Of a stretch of 64,000 bases of DNA, positions 1-9,077 are shown in pieces. Both the position numbers and the translations under genes were made by a program. Each line of letters opens with the position of its first letter. The first letter of the stretch is position 1. The notes under the pieces are model-generated. The model made no database searches. It was given only the letters and a program-made list of their open reading frames with translations, and was not told the DNA's origin. Source of the DNA: a virus; the IMG/VR virus record IMGVR_UViG_3300027896_000010, positions 32,001-96,000 of that record; one strand, 5' to 3'.

Positions 1-351
1 AACTATCTTCAAAGCCCTTTCGTCATTGGCATAATCACGCTCGGCTTTCTTCTTATCACGCTCTTCCTGCCTGTTCTGGGATAAGAGTAAAAATGATTGC
101 ATGAGTAGGACAAATACCCCCAATACCAAGTTCAATAAAATGAAAGGATACTTATCAAACGCAATTCCTTTAGAGCTTACCAAGTGAAGTAACAGGGCGT
201 TCCAGCCAACATACAAAACTATGAATACGCTGATGCCTATAATATATGCCCATGAACCTGCAAACTTTGCTACTGCATCTGCGGCTTTCTGCCCGATAGT
301 TAATTCTTCTTTTTGTTCTTCATGCCAAGTCTTTCCGTTCTGTACACTCAT
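1..351 (-). CDS. DUF1003-like membrane protein, running off the window edge (not in the ORF track)
   Basis: Manual translation: MSVQNGKTWHEEQKEELTIGQKAADAVAKFAGSWAYII...W N...FDKYPFILLNL...SQNRQEERDKKKAERDY, matching the GSW/FDxYPFILLNL/SQNRQ pattern. SD GGGGAG upstream. Confidence 0.75.
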   Translation of the reverse strand, partial: MSVQNGKTWHEEQKEELTIGQKAADAVAKFAGSWAYIIGISVFIVLYVGWNALLLHLVSSKGIAFDKYPFILLNLVLGVFVLLMQSFLLLSQNRQEERDKKKAERDYANDERALKIV

Positions 352-366
352 ATTGTTTCTCCCCTA

Positions 367-579
367 TCAAGGCGGTGGGGCTGGCGGTGTCCAAGTATCT
401 GGGTCTACCGTGTCCATGACAGTAAAATCTGCTGGGATGCTCTCATCAGATTCCATGAACGACTCTAGGAACTTCCCCAACTGAACCCATTTCTCTTCAT
501 CTGGCTTAAAAGCCATATACTTCCCGCCTATGGCTTCAAGACCGCTCCACAGGACATACGCTAATTTCGGGTATGACAT
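367..579 (-). CDS. Stand-alone 70-aa copy of the C-terminal module shared by the two upstream appendage proteins
   Basis: PKLAYVLWSG..IGGKYMAFKPDEEKWVQLGKFLESFMESD aligns with the C-termini of 608..2500 and 2537..4579. SD AGGAGG. Confidence 0.8.
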   Translation of the reverse strand: MSYPKLAYVLWSGLEAIGGKYMAFKPDEEKWVQLGKFLESFMESDESIPADFTVMDTVDPDTWTPPAPPP

Positions 580-607
580 AACATCCTCCTATATCTTATT
601 CGGGGGG

Positions 608-2500
608 TTATTCCCCATTGTCTGGGTCTACAATATCATTCACTGTAAAATTGCTGGGGAGGTTCCCATCCGAATCCATAAACGACTCCAGCAATTCTCC
701 AAGAACTACCCACTTGGTTTCATCTGGATTGAAAACCATGTATTTACCACTTACCACCCCAGTGCCAGACCACGTTACATTCGCTACTTTGGGGTATGCA
801 ACCCCACCTTCAGAAGAATACCAACTAACTTCTAACGTGTGGTTTGCAACAACGTTGTGCATAGTGTAAATAGTTACACCGTAATAATTATAAACTCCGT
901 CAACCAAAATTCTGGTAGAATGGCCTTCATCTGGACTGCAAGTTACAGTCAAATCACTATTATAATTTACACTGACATGCCCCAAAGGACTTACGGTGCC
1001 ATGTAAAATACCACTTTCAAAAATATAAACATCAAACAATTGGGCAATATTTGCCCTAGCGGCCAACAAATAATTGAAAGTACTTTGAATATTTGACTGA
1101 GAATCCAAAATGGCGACTTCAGTATTTTTAACGTTTGCCTTAGTTGCCAATAAATAATTGAAAGTACTTTGAATATTTGACTGAGAATCCAAAATGGCGA
1201 CTTCAGTGTTTTTAACGTTTGCCCTAACTGCCAAGCTTTTTTCTTGCAAATTTGTTATTCTAGCACTAGAGTTAATGGTTTGTGTTTGAGTTTTACTTAA
1301 ATTGACTTTTGAAATTTCAGTGTACGTCATGGTCTCAGTAACTGTAAATCCATTGGAAAGAGTACCATTCCCAGTATCTGTATTTGTTACATTAATATCC
1401 CATGTACCTACAATAGCTCCTGTTATAGGGGCAATACAATCTATCTTCGTTGGAGAGTCCACATTTACTGAAGTACAATCAATGTCAAATTGCCCTATCT
1501 TCTTCAAAGCTACAGTCGCTCCTGAGGCAAATCCTGTTCCTTCAAGGTCAGTGATAGAGACTGAAGTGTTATTAAACCCTGAAGACGGGGCACAAGAGAT
1601 AACAGTAGGACTAATTATTGCTGTCCCTGCCCAAACGTCTCCACCCCAAATTGCATCATCAGCATTACCAATGGCAGGAAGTCTTCGAACTAAAGTCGCC
1701 CCATCACCTTGAAAGACTTTGAAGTATCCAGTAATACCAGTTCCACCGAAGTCCACAAGTGTACAATCCATAATAGCGGTTCCATCACTTGCCGCTGCGC
1801 TAGTAGCAAGAAGGGTATCAGAAGAATTGTAGAGTTTTACTATATAACCATCTTCAACTGTTTTTCCCGCTGAACCAATGGTTATGTTCAGTGAAGAAAA
1901 AATACTCATGTAGGCAACTGTAATGGTATTGTAATCATATACTGAACGTAAGTCACCTACAAGTACAAAAGGTAAATATGTATACGTAACCACATTTGAA
2001 TATGTGTCTATCGCGGCTATAGTTGATGGGTTACGACCAACCATCTTCTTATTACCAGCACCATCGCTTGTTATTTCATAAAGCCAATAATTATCATCCT
2101 CATAATTCGCCGGAGCATTAGCCGCACTAACTGACCAATAGAAACGACCTCCGTGGCCAGCACCATTGCTTATTTGACAACGACAAGGAGGGGATGACCA
2201 TGCTAGATTAGCGGCTGGCACAGAATCTATATCATTTACACCCGCTACACAAACAACGCTCTCCCCTACTGAAGTAACCTTTGTTTTTATTCTTACAACC
2301 CACGGTAAGGCATCATTCAACGCAACTGTTTTAACGATGTAAGCATAGTCTGTGTATGCCGCTGTCGTACAGGTACAGAGGTTCCCAGATACCGCTACTG
2401 TCCCGTTTCCTCCAACTACAGCATTAAGCCAAGCTGGAAGTGAAGAGCCGGGAAAGTTGGTAGCATTTATCAGACCATTAGTGATTTTATTAAAGCTCAT
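608..2500 (-). CDS. Putative virion appendage/adhesin: beta-rich N-terminal domain, IPT/TIG domain, Thr-rich repeats, InlB-B-repeat-like domain, conserved C-terminal module
   Basis: PTVISCAPSSG...TSVSITDLEGTGFASGATV (IPT/TIG); HGTVSPLG..V...NHTLEVSW (B-repeat-like); shared C-terminal module. Confidence 0.72.
   Translation of the reverse strand: MSFNKITNGLINATNFPGSSLPAWLNAVVGGNGTVAVSGNLCTCTTAAYTDYAYIVKTVALNDALPWVVRIKTKVTSVGESVVCVAGVNDIDSVPAANLAWSSPPCRCQISNGAGHGGRFYWSVSAANAPANYEDDNYWLYEITSDGAGNKKMVGRNPSTIAAIDTYSNVVTYTYLPFVLVGDLRSVYDYNTITVAYMSIFSSLNITIGSAGKTVEDGYIVKLYNSSDTLLATSAAASDGTAIMDCTLVDFGGTGITGYFKVFQGDGATLVRRLPAIGNADDAIWGGDVWAGTAIISPTVISCAPSSGFNNTSVSITDLEGTGFASGATVALKKIGQFDIDCTSVNVDSPTKIDCIAPITGAIVGTWDINVTNTDTGNGTLSNGFTVTETMTYTEISKVNLSKTQTQTINSSARITNLQEKSLAVRANVKNTEVAILDSQSNIQSTFNYLLATKANVKNTEVAILDSQSNIQSTFNYLLAARANIAQLFDVYIFESGILHGTVSPLGHVSVNYNSDLTVTCSPDEGHSTRILVDGVYNYYGVTIYTMHNVVANHTLEVSWYSSEGGVAYPKVANVTWSGTGVVSGKYMVFNPDETKWVVLGELLESFMDSDGNLPSNFTVNDIVDPDNGE
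1062..1223. repeat. In-frame tandem repeat, 84-nt unit, about 2 copies
   Basis: Units start at 1062 and 1146 and encode ANVKNTEVAILDSQSNIQSTFNYLLA twice. Confidence 0.95.
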
Positions 2501-2536
2501 AACTGAATCACCATTTGTTACTTACCCTTCTTTTTG

Positions 2537-4579
2537 CTATGCATCTAGACTTCTGGTACTGTTAATTGTAATGTTTTCTGGCAGACTTCCTGTTGAGTCC
2601 ATAAAAGACTCCAGAAGCTCTCCAAGAACTACCCACTTAGTTTCATCTGGATTAAAATCCATGTACTTGCCGCTTATCACGCCATCCCCATTCCACGTTA
2701 CATTTGCCAGCTTAGGGGTTGCTGTTGAAAAAGATGAATTTTCTATGTTACTCTTTGCCCTAAGTGTTCTAGTCGTGTGTATTGTTGGAATCAGAATGTT
2801 GCTCTTTACCGTAAGTGTTCTAGTCGTGTGTATTGTTGGAATCAGAATGTTACTTTTCGCTATAAGCGTTTGGACTATAGTTGTCTGTCGTTCTACCCAG
2901 CTTACCCCCAAGGTGTGATTGCCACGTACATCAGTAAACAGATAAGAGCCGACAGTTCCAATATCTTCTCCGTCGATAAATATGTGGAACGTCCAATCTT
3001 CACTCTCTGAGTTGATAGTAAACAGAACACCCTCACCAAAATCAACTAACACTACTCCACTTGGGTCTAAAGTACCGTGTGAAGGCGAACCCTGTGTTGC
3101 TGTTATCGTAAATGTAGGTGCATCAACATTGAAGTTAGGGAAGTTGCTTTCACCTTGGTCTGTCATGACTTCCATAGGAATAGTGCCATAATTGGCATCC
3201 ATGCCCACAGTACAGACTATCTCTTTATCACTCCAAGAAACTATGTCGGCAGCAATACTTCCTATTATGACCCTGCCATATTCTCCCTGTGCCGCCCCAA
3301 AACTGTACCCATCAATGGTAACCGTCCCGCCCCTTGACGCGTGGTCTGGAGACAGGCTAGTTATATATGGTGTCCTGTCTACAGTGAAAGCATAATGATT
3401 GCTCTCCCCTGCTTCAGTGGTAATCACTTCCGCAAAGCCAACACCAAATGGTACGCCCTCTACCACCTTACAGACTATCTCTGTGCCACTCCAAGAAACT
3501 ACGTCTGCAACTTCATAGCAAATAACCGCTATATCTTCTTCCCCTTGAGTGTCCCCAAAGCCAGAACCACTAATGGTTACTGGCGCACCTATCGGAGCAT
3601 GGTCAGGAACTATGTCAGCTATGTGCGTAGGCACCCACGCCTTAGCGGTTAAACTATGAGCAGTGAGACGAAAATCCGTAACGTCTGTCTTACCAGTTAA
3701 AGTCCTTGTAGTTGTCTTCTTGACATCAGCCTCACTGGTTTCTGTCTTGATATGCCTCTGCAATATAAGTGCTTTCGAAGTCTCGGTATGCTTGACCAGC
3801 CAATGAACCTTCGCCTTGGAAGTTACAGTTTCTGTTGTGTGCGTCACAAGCTCAAAAGGAATCGTATTTGACCACATTGGTGTGTATGCATTGGTAACAT
3901 ATATTCCGCTTGCTAATGTGTGTAGGCTTGGCGGTACTGGGCAGGTTATCGAAGTGTCTGACCATGATGTGTAATAAGATTCTACGTTGTCAGGAACAAA
4001 TGTGACAAAACTCGACTCATGCTCATCGCCAAAACCTTCCCCTGTCAACACCACGCTGTCCATAAGAGCAGCTTCATTTGGAACCACCGAAAGCACAATA
4101 GGATTGCCAAAGCTGTACTGGAGCCACTCAGGGCCACCATCCCAATCTGCCATCCACGAAAGAGCGTCATCGGCATGGAAGGCAGTATACGGAAGCCAAC
4201 CACCACTGGTATGACTCGCGCTGACAACGTTCGGTGCTGGAGAGCTATTGGCTTCCATGTTGTAGCAAATATCGGTGCCGTTGAGCGTAAGACCCATCTT
4301 GTATATCAGAACGGAAGTGTCTACACCTTGGATAGCGGTGACGGTTATCCGAAAGTCCCTGTACAGCACAGGGGTCTGGTACAAAACATAACTTTGCTTC
4401 TGGGCCACAGTTGTTGTATTAAAGCTCTGGTTCGTCACAGAATGTAAAAGCGTGGACGTACTGAACCCATCGTTGCTCCCAGATAGCGTCCACGACTTTA
4501 TGGCCTTGGACAGACCGCCCCCATCATGGGCTGGTATTATCCAGTACCCATTGATTTTGTGTGCGCCCGGAGTCGCCAT
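2537..4579 (-). CDS. Putative virion appendage/adhesin: permuted discoidin (F5/8C)-like domain, three IPT/TIG domains, Thr-rich repeats, B-repeat-like domain, conserved C-terminal module
   Basis: KSWTLSGSNDG...YRDFRI and VVSAS..AF..W..WLQYSFG (discoidin-like halves); repeated V.I.G.GFG..QG...SWS..EI.C.V (IPT/TIG). Confidence 0.75.
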   Translation of the reverse strand: MATPGAHKINGYWIIPAHDGGGLSKAIKSWTLSGSNDGFSTSTLLHSVTNQSFNTTTVAQKQSYVLYQTPVLYRDFRITVTAIQGVDTSVLIYKMGLTLNGTDICYNMEANSSPAPNVVSASHTSGGWLPYTAFHADDALSWMADWDGGPEWLQYSFGNPIVLSVVPNEAALMDSVVLTGEGFGDEHESSFVTFVPDNVESYYTSWSDTSITCPVPPSLHTLASGIYVTNAYTPMWSNTIPFELVTHTTETVTSKAKVHWLVKHTETSKALILQRHIKTETSEADVKKTTTRTLTGKTDVTDFRLTAHSLTAKAWVPTHIADIVPDHAPIGAPVTISGSGFGDTQGEEDIAVICYEVADVVSWSGTEIVCKVVEGVPFGVGFAEVITTEAGESNHYAFTVDRTPYITSLSPDHASRGGTVTIDGYSFGAAQGEYGRVIIGSIAADIVSWSDKEIVCTVGMDANYGTIPMEVMTDQGESNFPNFNVDAPTFTITATQGSPSHGTLDPSGVVLVDFGEGVLFTINSESEDWTFHIFIDGEDIGTVGSYLFTDVRGNHTLGVSWVERQTTIVQTLIAKSNILIPTIHTTRTLTVKSNILIPTIHTTRTLRAKSNIENSSFSTATPKLANVTWNGDGVISGKYMDFNPDETKWVVLGELLESFMDSTGSLPENITINSTRSLDA
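2761..2851. repeat. In-frame tandem repeat, 51-nt unit, about 2 copies
   Basis: TAAGTGTTCTAGTCGTGTGTATTGTTGGAATCAGAATGTT occurs at 2761 and 2812, encoding KSNILIPTIHTTRTL twice. Confidence 0.95.
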
Positions 4580-4588
4580 CTATTCTCC

Positions 4589-4885
4589 TTACTCTGCCCT
4601 TCTGTCGTCAAACATCTGAAGCACTTCATCATATATGCGTCTGATTGCCTCTTCTTTGGCTCTTTCAAACCACATGTCTACTTCCTTTTTCGCCATGCTT
4701 TTGACTTCACCAGTACTGGCATTGGGCTTATTCTTCACAAACCAATTGAATATGGCAGTCGCCTCGGCTCGGACTTCGACATCAGGCATAGAAGGATATG
4801 ACCAAGCTTCCTTCGACAGGCCTCTATCTTCTCCAAGAACTTCATCAACCACTTTTGATATGATTTGGTCTAGCTGGTCGCCCAT
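4589..4885 (-). CDS. Leader-helix family protein
   Basis: Starts MGDQLDQIISKVVDEVLG; SD GGGAGG. Confidence 0.8.
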   Translation of the reverse strand: MGDQLDQIISKVVDEVLGEDRGLSKEAWSYPSMPDVEVRAEATAIFNWFVKNKPNASTGEVKSMAKKEVDMWFERAKEEAIRRIYDEVLQMFDDRRAE

Positions 4886-5040
4886 AACATCACATCCTCC
4901 CTTTGAGTCCCTCTATGTCTCGCTAAGTCCCACATGGAGCGCGAGAAGCCGTCAGCATTGCTGTATCGTTGGAGGAAATCTATAACCTCTCGATTGGCTT
5001 CTCGAACCTGTAGCTTTTCATAGAGAACTCCTTTTGACAT
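4870..5040 (-). CDS. Small hypothetical protein, 56 aa (below the ORF-track cutoff)
   Basis: Manual translation MSKGVLYEKLQVREANREVIDFLQRYSN...; fills the gap between neighbours. Confidence 0.4.
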   Translation of the reverse strand: MSKGVLYEKLQVREANREVIDFLQRYSNADGFSRSMWDLARHRGTQREDVMLWATS

Positions 5041-5108
5041 ACTGCTTACTGTCCTATCTCAAACTGGCGTTTCCCACGCTCCAGTTGTGGGTCTATTCTC
5101 GGACACTT

Positions 5109-5360
5109 TTAGTCCATTAAACTTTTAATAATTTGCAATGCTCGTGCTGTATCCTTTCCCAATCCAGTGATTACATCACCAAGCCACTTTTTGGCACCTT
5201 CCAAATCGCCATGGTTTATATCTTCGAGCGCCCAAGGCAATTTAGTTTCGGCGTAATAACGCATCCCACCAATAATCTCTAGAAGCTGAGACATGTCCGA
5301 CCATCCCAACACTTCATGAACTGCTTCCTTTACTATCTCTCCAATGCGCTCTTCATTCAT
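5109..5360 (-). CDS. Leader-helix family protein
   Basis: Starts MNEERIGEIVKEAVHEVLG; SD GGAGGAAG. Confidence 0.8.
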   Translation of the reverse strand: MNEERIGEIVKEAVHEVLGWSDMSQLLEIIGGMRYYAETKLPWALEDINHGDLEGAKKWLGDVITGLGKDTARALQIIKSLMD

Positions 5361-6141
5361 TCTCTTCTTCCTCCAAGTCGCTCAAGATATCATCAAGCTG
5401 GTCAATGCAATCCGCTAACTGGTCTATGGCTTCATCTATTGATGAGACAGGATTAAGCTTAAGGTCTATAAGCTGTTGCCCTATCTCAGCGATATCTGTC
5501 TGCCACTGTTCGGCATCATCTTCTATGCCATCTTCTTGCAGTTCGTCAAATGGCTCTTCCTCTTCACCCAGTACTTCTCTCAGTACCTTTGATATCACAG
5601 CTTCAAGCTTATCTTCATCCATAGCTATCTCCTTTATACTTGCCGCTGGTCGTAATGACCAAGGCCCTTTGGCGCTCCACTCTTCTGGCTCATTCTGATT
5701 ATACTCAGCAGTACCTATCTCCTGACCGCACTCTGGGCAGTGGAGAATCCAGCATGCAGGTTCGAAATCGCAATCATCATTGCTCTCGTATTCCTTATCC
5801 GCTTTCGATTCACTACCTTTCCATCCACAGAAATCACAGGTCAATAACCTTGTAGGCTCTCCCCATCTTGCTTCCTTGTGGTACTTCATATATTGCTCAC
5901 CGAACTCTGTAAAGCCATCCTCGGTAGTCCAGTAGACTTTGTCTATGTCCTCATCTGCGAACCACGCTTGTACCCTCGCTGGGACTCCGTATTGTTCGCT
6001 CAGCTTCTGAGCTTTCTTGATGGCATTAGGGACATTCGTCGCGCCCTGCCCACTTGACCTCCAGCCACTTGGTGTGCCAGATATCTTTTTCCCGAATTGG
6101 AGATATACTTGATAGGCTCCATAGCCACCATGTTTAGTCAT
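5353..6141 (-). CDS. Composite protein: N-terminal domain, Zn ribbon, internal leader helix, very acidic C-terminal domain
   Basis: CDFCG...CPECG; internal MDEDKLEAVISKVLREVLG at 5622 with its own SD AAGGAG. Confidence 0.75.
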   Translation of the reverse strand: MTKHGGYGAYQVYLQFGKKISGTPSGWRSSGQGATNVPNAIKKAQKLSEQYGVPARVQAWFADEDIDKVYWTTEDGFTEFGEQYMKYHKEARWGEPTRLLTCDFCGWKGSESKADKEYESNDDCDFEPACWILHCPECGQEIGTAEYNQNEPEEWSAKGPWSLRPAASIKEIAMDEDKLEAVISKVLREVLGEEEEPFDELQEDGIEDDAEQWQTDIAEIGQQLIDLKLNPVSSIDEAIDQLADCIDQLDDILSDLEEEENE

Positions 6142-6322
6142 CTATATCCCCCCTAAGCATCTCCAAAGCTTTCTGTGTCTTGCTATGCATCTCGTCTATT
6201 AAATCTAATATCATAGTTGACTCTGCATGTCTCATAACCGCTACTCTGGCGAACCAGTTCATTCCGTCTATATCGTTAAGCAATCCCTTAACGACTTTGA
6301 TATCAATTTCTTCCGAAGGCAA
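6134..6322 (-). CDS. Small hypothetical helical protein
   Basis: ORF packed between neighbours; TTG start with AAGGA upstream. Confidence 0.55.
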   Translation of the reverse strand: MPSEEIDIKVVKGLLNDIDGMNWFARVAVMRHAESTMILDLIDEMHSKTQKALEMLRGDIDD

Positions 6323-6325
6323 TTG

Positions 6326-6844
6326 CTAGGTTCCTTGGTTAAGCTGATGTCTATCGATAGTGACGTCTGCCCTTCGATATGCATCATTTCCATATTGCAT
6401 TTTGAATGCTTCATACTCTGCCGACATTATGTTCTCATAGAAATCTCTTGCTGTTTCTCCAGTATGAGTATCAACCCCCAACTCTATGCTTTTATCATCA
6501 TCATAGGTCGAATCATTTGATGGGAAGATATCCCAGCCTCTATCATAGTTGACTAGGACATTGGCCCAAGAGTCATTGGGGACCCTAGCCGAAGTATCCG
6601 ATATCGTGAGCCTAGAAATATGACCGTTGTTTATGCCGAACTCAGATGGCTCATCAAAGAACTGAACGTTAGCCTTAAGGTTGTCCTTGCCAACCAATAC
6701 ATAATTACTCCCTGAATCTACATTTACCGTATAGCCCATCTTCCTCAAGATGCTTGCGAAGTGTTCTAGTATCTGGCTCTCCTCTTCCTCCTGCCCCAAA
6801 ACTTCCTTTACCACTTTTGATATGATTTGCTCTAGTTCGTCCAT
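6326..6844 (-). CDS. Leader-helix family protein with a cargo domain seen in other phages/MGEs (FDEPSEFGI..GxISRL...NYDRGWD)
   Basis: Probable start is ATG 6844 after SD GGGAGG; begins MDELEQIISKVVKEVLG. Confidence 0.8.
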   Translation of the reverse strand: MDELEQIISKVVKEVLGQEEEESQILEHFASILRKMGYTVNVDSGSNYVLVGKDNLKANVQFFDEPSEFGINNGHISRLTISDTSARVPNDSWANVLVNYDRGWDIFPSNDSTYDDDKSIELGVDTHTGETARDFYENIMSAEYEAFKMQYGNDAYRRADVTIDRHQLNQGT

Positions 6845-6919
6845 AATCAATCCTCCCACTTATATTCCCCACACTCCACTTCATGCTCATTGCGGTTGTA
6901 CCATCCCAGCGGCTCCGTC

Positions 6920-7177
6920 CTATATTCTTGTCCAGAACCCTATTTCATATTCTGTTAATTTATACAGGTCATCATATGTCTTGAACTCTCCCTTATCTAT
7001 CGCCTCACTCAATCGACTTAAACGATGCTTAATCTCAGTAATATCGCCATCTAATGACTCTTGATAAAATTTCTGTTGCCTTTGATATAGCTCATCAGAT
7101 TCCTCTTCTGCCAAATTGGGATTGGCCCCCAGCACCTCTTTGACTACTTTTGATATAATTTTTTCTACTTCGTCCAT
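6920..7177 (-). CDS. Leader-helix family protein
   Basis: Starts MDEVEKIISKVVKEVLG. Confidence 0.8.
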   Translation of the reverse strand: MDEVEKIISKVVKEVLGANPNLAEEESDELYQRQQKFYQESLDGDITEIKHRLSRLSEAIDKGEFKTYDDLYKLTEYEIGFWTRI

Positions 7178-7195
7178 ACTTCGTCCACCACCCCT

Positions 7196-7417
7196 TTAAG
7201 TTCCATCCTGCGCTTGCACTTCTGCTATCATTCTCTGCACTTCTTCGATAAGGGCTATGACGTTCTGGTAAGCCCCCTCCAAGATAGTCCTCAAATCTCT
7301 ATCGAGTCTCCTGTCTGGCTCCCCGGGTTCATTCTGGGGATGTAGTATCTCGTATGCTATAGTGTCTAGCTCGGTAATAATCGTTTGGAGAAAAATTACA
7401 TACTGGTCATTTAGCAT
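7196..7417 (-). CDS. Small acidic helical hypothetical protein (no leader)
   Basis: ORF with SD GGGGGAG, tightly packed. Confidence 0.6.
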   Translation of the reverse strand: MLNDQYVIFLQTIITELDTIAYEILHPQNEPGEPDRRLDRDLRTILEGAYQNVIALIEEVQRMIAEVQAQDGT

Positions 7418-7429
7418 CTGTGTCTCCCC

Positions 7430-7723
7430 TTACTCAGCACTGCCCTGCCACTTAGGATTCATTTGATATTCTCTGATAATATCTCTGGCGTCTGCCAGAT
7501 GGGCATAGATTCTCTGAACATCACCAATAGGGAGATAGGCATCCTGTTCACTACCAGTGTACATATGGTCTTTGATACCATACATTATTCTCGCCGCATG
7601 ATGTGTCGCTTCCCTCACCTCCAAATCCAGACTCTCTAGGTCTTGGTCGAAAGTCTTTCCTGTATCAGCCAGTACTTCTTTGACCACTCTGGTCACTACC
7701 TCTGTTACTCTGGCTTCGTCCAT
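7430..7723 (-). CDS. Leader-helix family protein
   Basis: Starts MDEARVTEVVTRVVKEVLA; SD GGAGGG. Confidence 0.8.
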   Translation of the reverse strand: MDEARVTEVVTRVVKEVLADTGKTFDQDLESLDLEVREATHHAARIMYGIKDHMYTGSEQDAYLPIGDVQRIYAHLADARDIIREYQMNPKWQGSAE

Positions 7724-7733
7724 GCTGTCCCTC

Positions 7734-8375
7734 CTAGATATGTTCCTCCCAGTATTCGGTAAGCTTCTCCGCTAGCTCCTGTGCATCGTGAGGAATTCGC
7801 CTGACCGCCTTCATCATCAGCATAGGCTCACCAGACATCTCCATCCTAGCGTTCACATAATCCCTGATGCCTATCATGGCATCGCCTATCTCTTCGGTGA
7901 TGTGCAGGATTTCTTCTTTCAGTTCTGCCCTGTCGGAAGCCATCTTGCCCTCAAGCCCAAAGCCTACCCCTGCCTTCATCTCCCCGCACACAGGACACCA
8001 GTATTCATAGACGCCCCCGTACATCTTGGTTTTCTGGAGAGGCGCTCCGCAGTCGGCACACTTTGCGGCTAAGACTTCCTTGACCACCTTTGATATGATT
8101 TGCTCTAGCTCATCCATGATATCCTCCTTGTAGCTGGCGGCGACTAGTTCGACCTGCCCCCTGCCACGCAATACGTCAGCACAACTATTCAACAGTCTCG
8201 TCAACTCTTCGTAATCGACCCCATCATCACGAGTCTCGGCAAACAACTCCGCATTGGTAATTAGGTTTTCAATTACACGCAAGAAGCCCTCACTGTCCCA
8301 GAACAGTTCATCTACTCCACTTACGCTTTCCTTGACTACCTTTGCTATGATTTCATAAAGCCGTTGCTCACTCAT
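7734..8375 (-). CDS. Composite leader-helix protein with two leaders and a Zn ribbon
   Basis: N-terminal MSEQRLYEIIAKVVKESVS; internal MDELEQIISKVVKEVLA at 8117 with SD AAGGAGG; CADCG...CPVCG. Confidence 0.78.
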   Translation of the reverse strand: MSEQRLYEIIAKVVKESVSGVDELFWDSEGFLRVIENLITNAELFAETRDDGVDYEELTRLLNSCADVLRGRGQVELVAASYKEDIMDELEQIISKVVKEVLAAKCADCGAPLQKTKMYGGVYEYWCPVCGEMKAGVGFGLEGKMASDRAELKEEILHITEEIGDAMIGIRDYVNARMEMSGEPMLMMKAVRRIPHDAQELAEKLTEYWEEHI

Positions 8376-8387
8376 GATGCTCTCCTC

Positions 8388-9065
8388 CTATGGGAGAACG
8401 ACTACATCTTCAAGATAAGTCCTGAGGTATTTCTGGAAGCCTTCGATGTCTGCGTCTATCTCCTCCATGAAATTCTCCACAACTCCCTCGACATCCCAAC
8501 TAAAAGCTGGCCCCTGATAATGATTGGTCCAGTATTGATGAGCCTCTTGTGCCAACCTCATAGCCATTTCTTCAAGATTGCGACTGTTCAATCTGCTTTC
8601 CAAGCTGACATAGCTATCCACAAATTCATCTTCATCGTTCTCGTAATCAACCGCTTCCTTCACCACAGCACCAGCCGCCTTCTCTTCTGTCCTCTGGGGC
8701 TTGGCCTTTACCGATGGCTTAAAATCCTTACATACGGTACAGCGCCATCCCGGTGGGTTCTTCCTACCCTCTCCACCTGCCCTGTTATGGAGCCTTTTGC
8801 CCTCGCCGTACTTCTCGTCCTGATAATCGTTCTTGCAAGTGCATGGCAGGACTTTGGTATTCTCTGCGGCTATAACTTCTGCAATTACCCTATCTACAAC
8901 TTCTTCAAGCTGTTTCTCGTCCACTAGCTCGTCCTCCAGCTTCCCTACAACATCTGTAATCTGTTCCCCACTAAGAGCATCTTCCTCTTGCCCTATCACT
9001 TGCTCTGTGGCTAGAACTTCCATGACTACTTTTGATATGATTTGCTCAAGCTTTTCTTCGTCCAT
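8388..9065 (-). CDS. Composite leader-helix protein with two leaders and a Cys-rich domain
   Basis: MDEEKLEQIISKVVMEVLA; internal (V/M)DEKQLEEVVDRVIAEVIA at GTG 8924 with SD GGAGG; PCTCKNDYQD..YG.GKRLHN...RCTVC. Confidence 0.78.
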   Translation of the reverse strand: MDEEKLEQIISKVVMEVLATEQVIGQEEDALSGEQITDVVGKLEDELVDEKQLEEVVDRVIAEVIAAENTKVLPCTCKNDYQDEKYGEGKRLHNRAGGEGRKNPPGWRCTVCKDFKPSVKAKPQRTEEKAAGAVVKEAVDYENDEDEFVDSYVSLESRLNSRNLEEMAMRLAQEAHQYWTNHYQGPAFSWDVEGVVENFMEEIDADIEGFQKYLRTYLEDVVVLP

Positions 9066-9077
9066 GATACCCCCCCC

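Noticed and set aside
367-2720. Diversity-generating retroelement (template/variable repeat) explanation for the repeated C-terminal module
   Set aside because: Differences between copies are not adenine-restricted and are often synonymous, all three copies are coding, and no reverse transcriptase is in the window.
1062-2851. CRISPR mini-arrays
   Set aside because: These are head-to-tail in-frame coding duplications (84 and 51 nt) without unique spacers.
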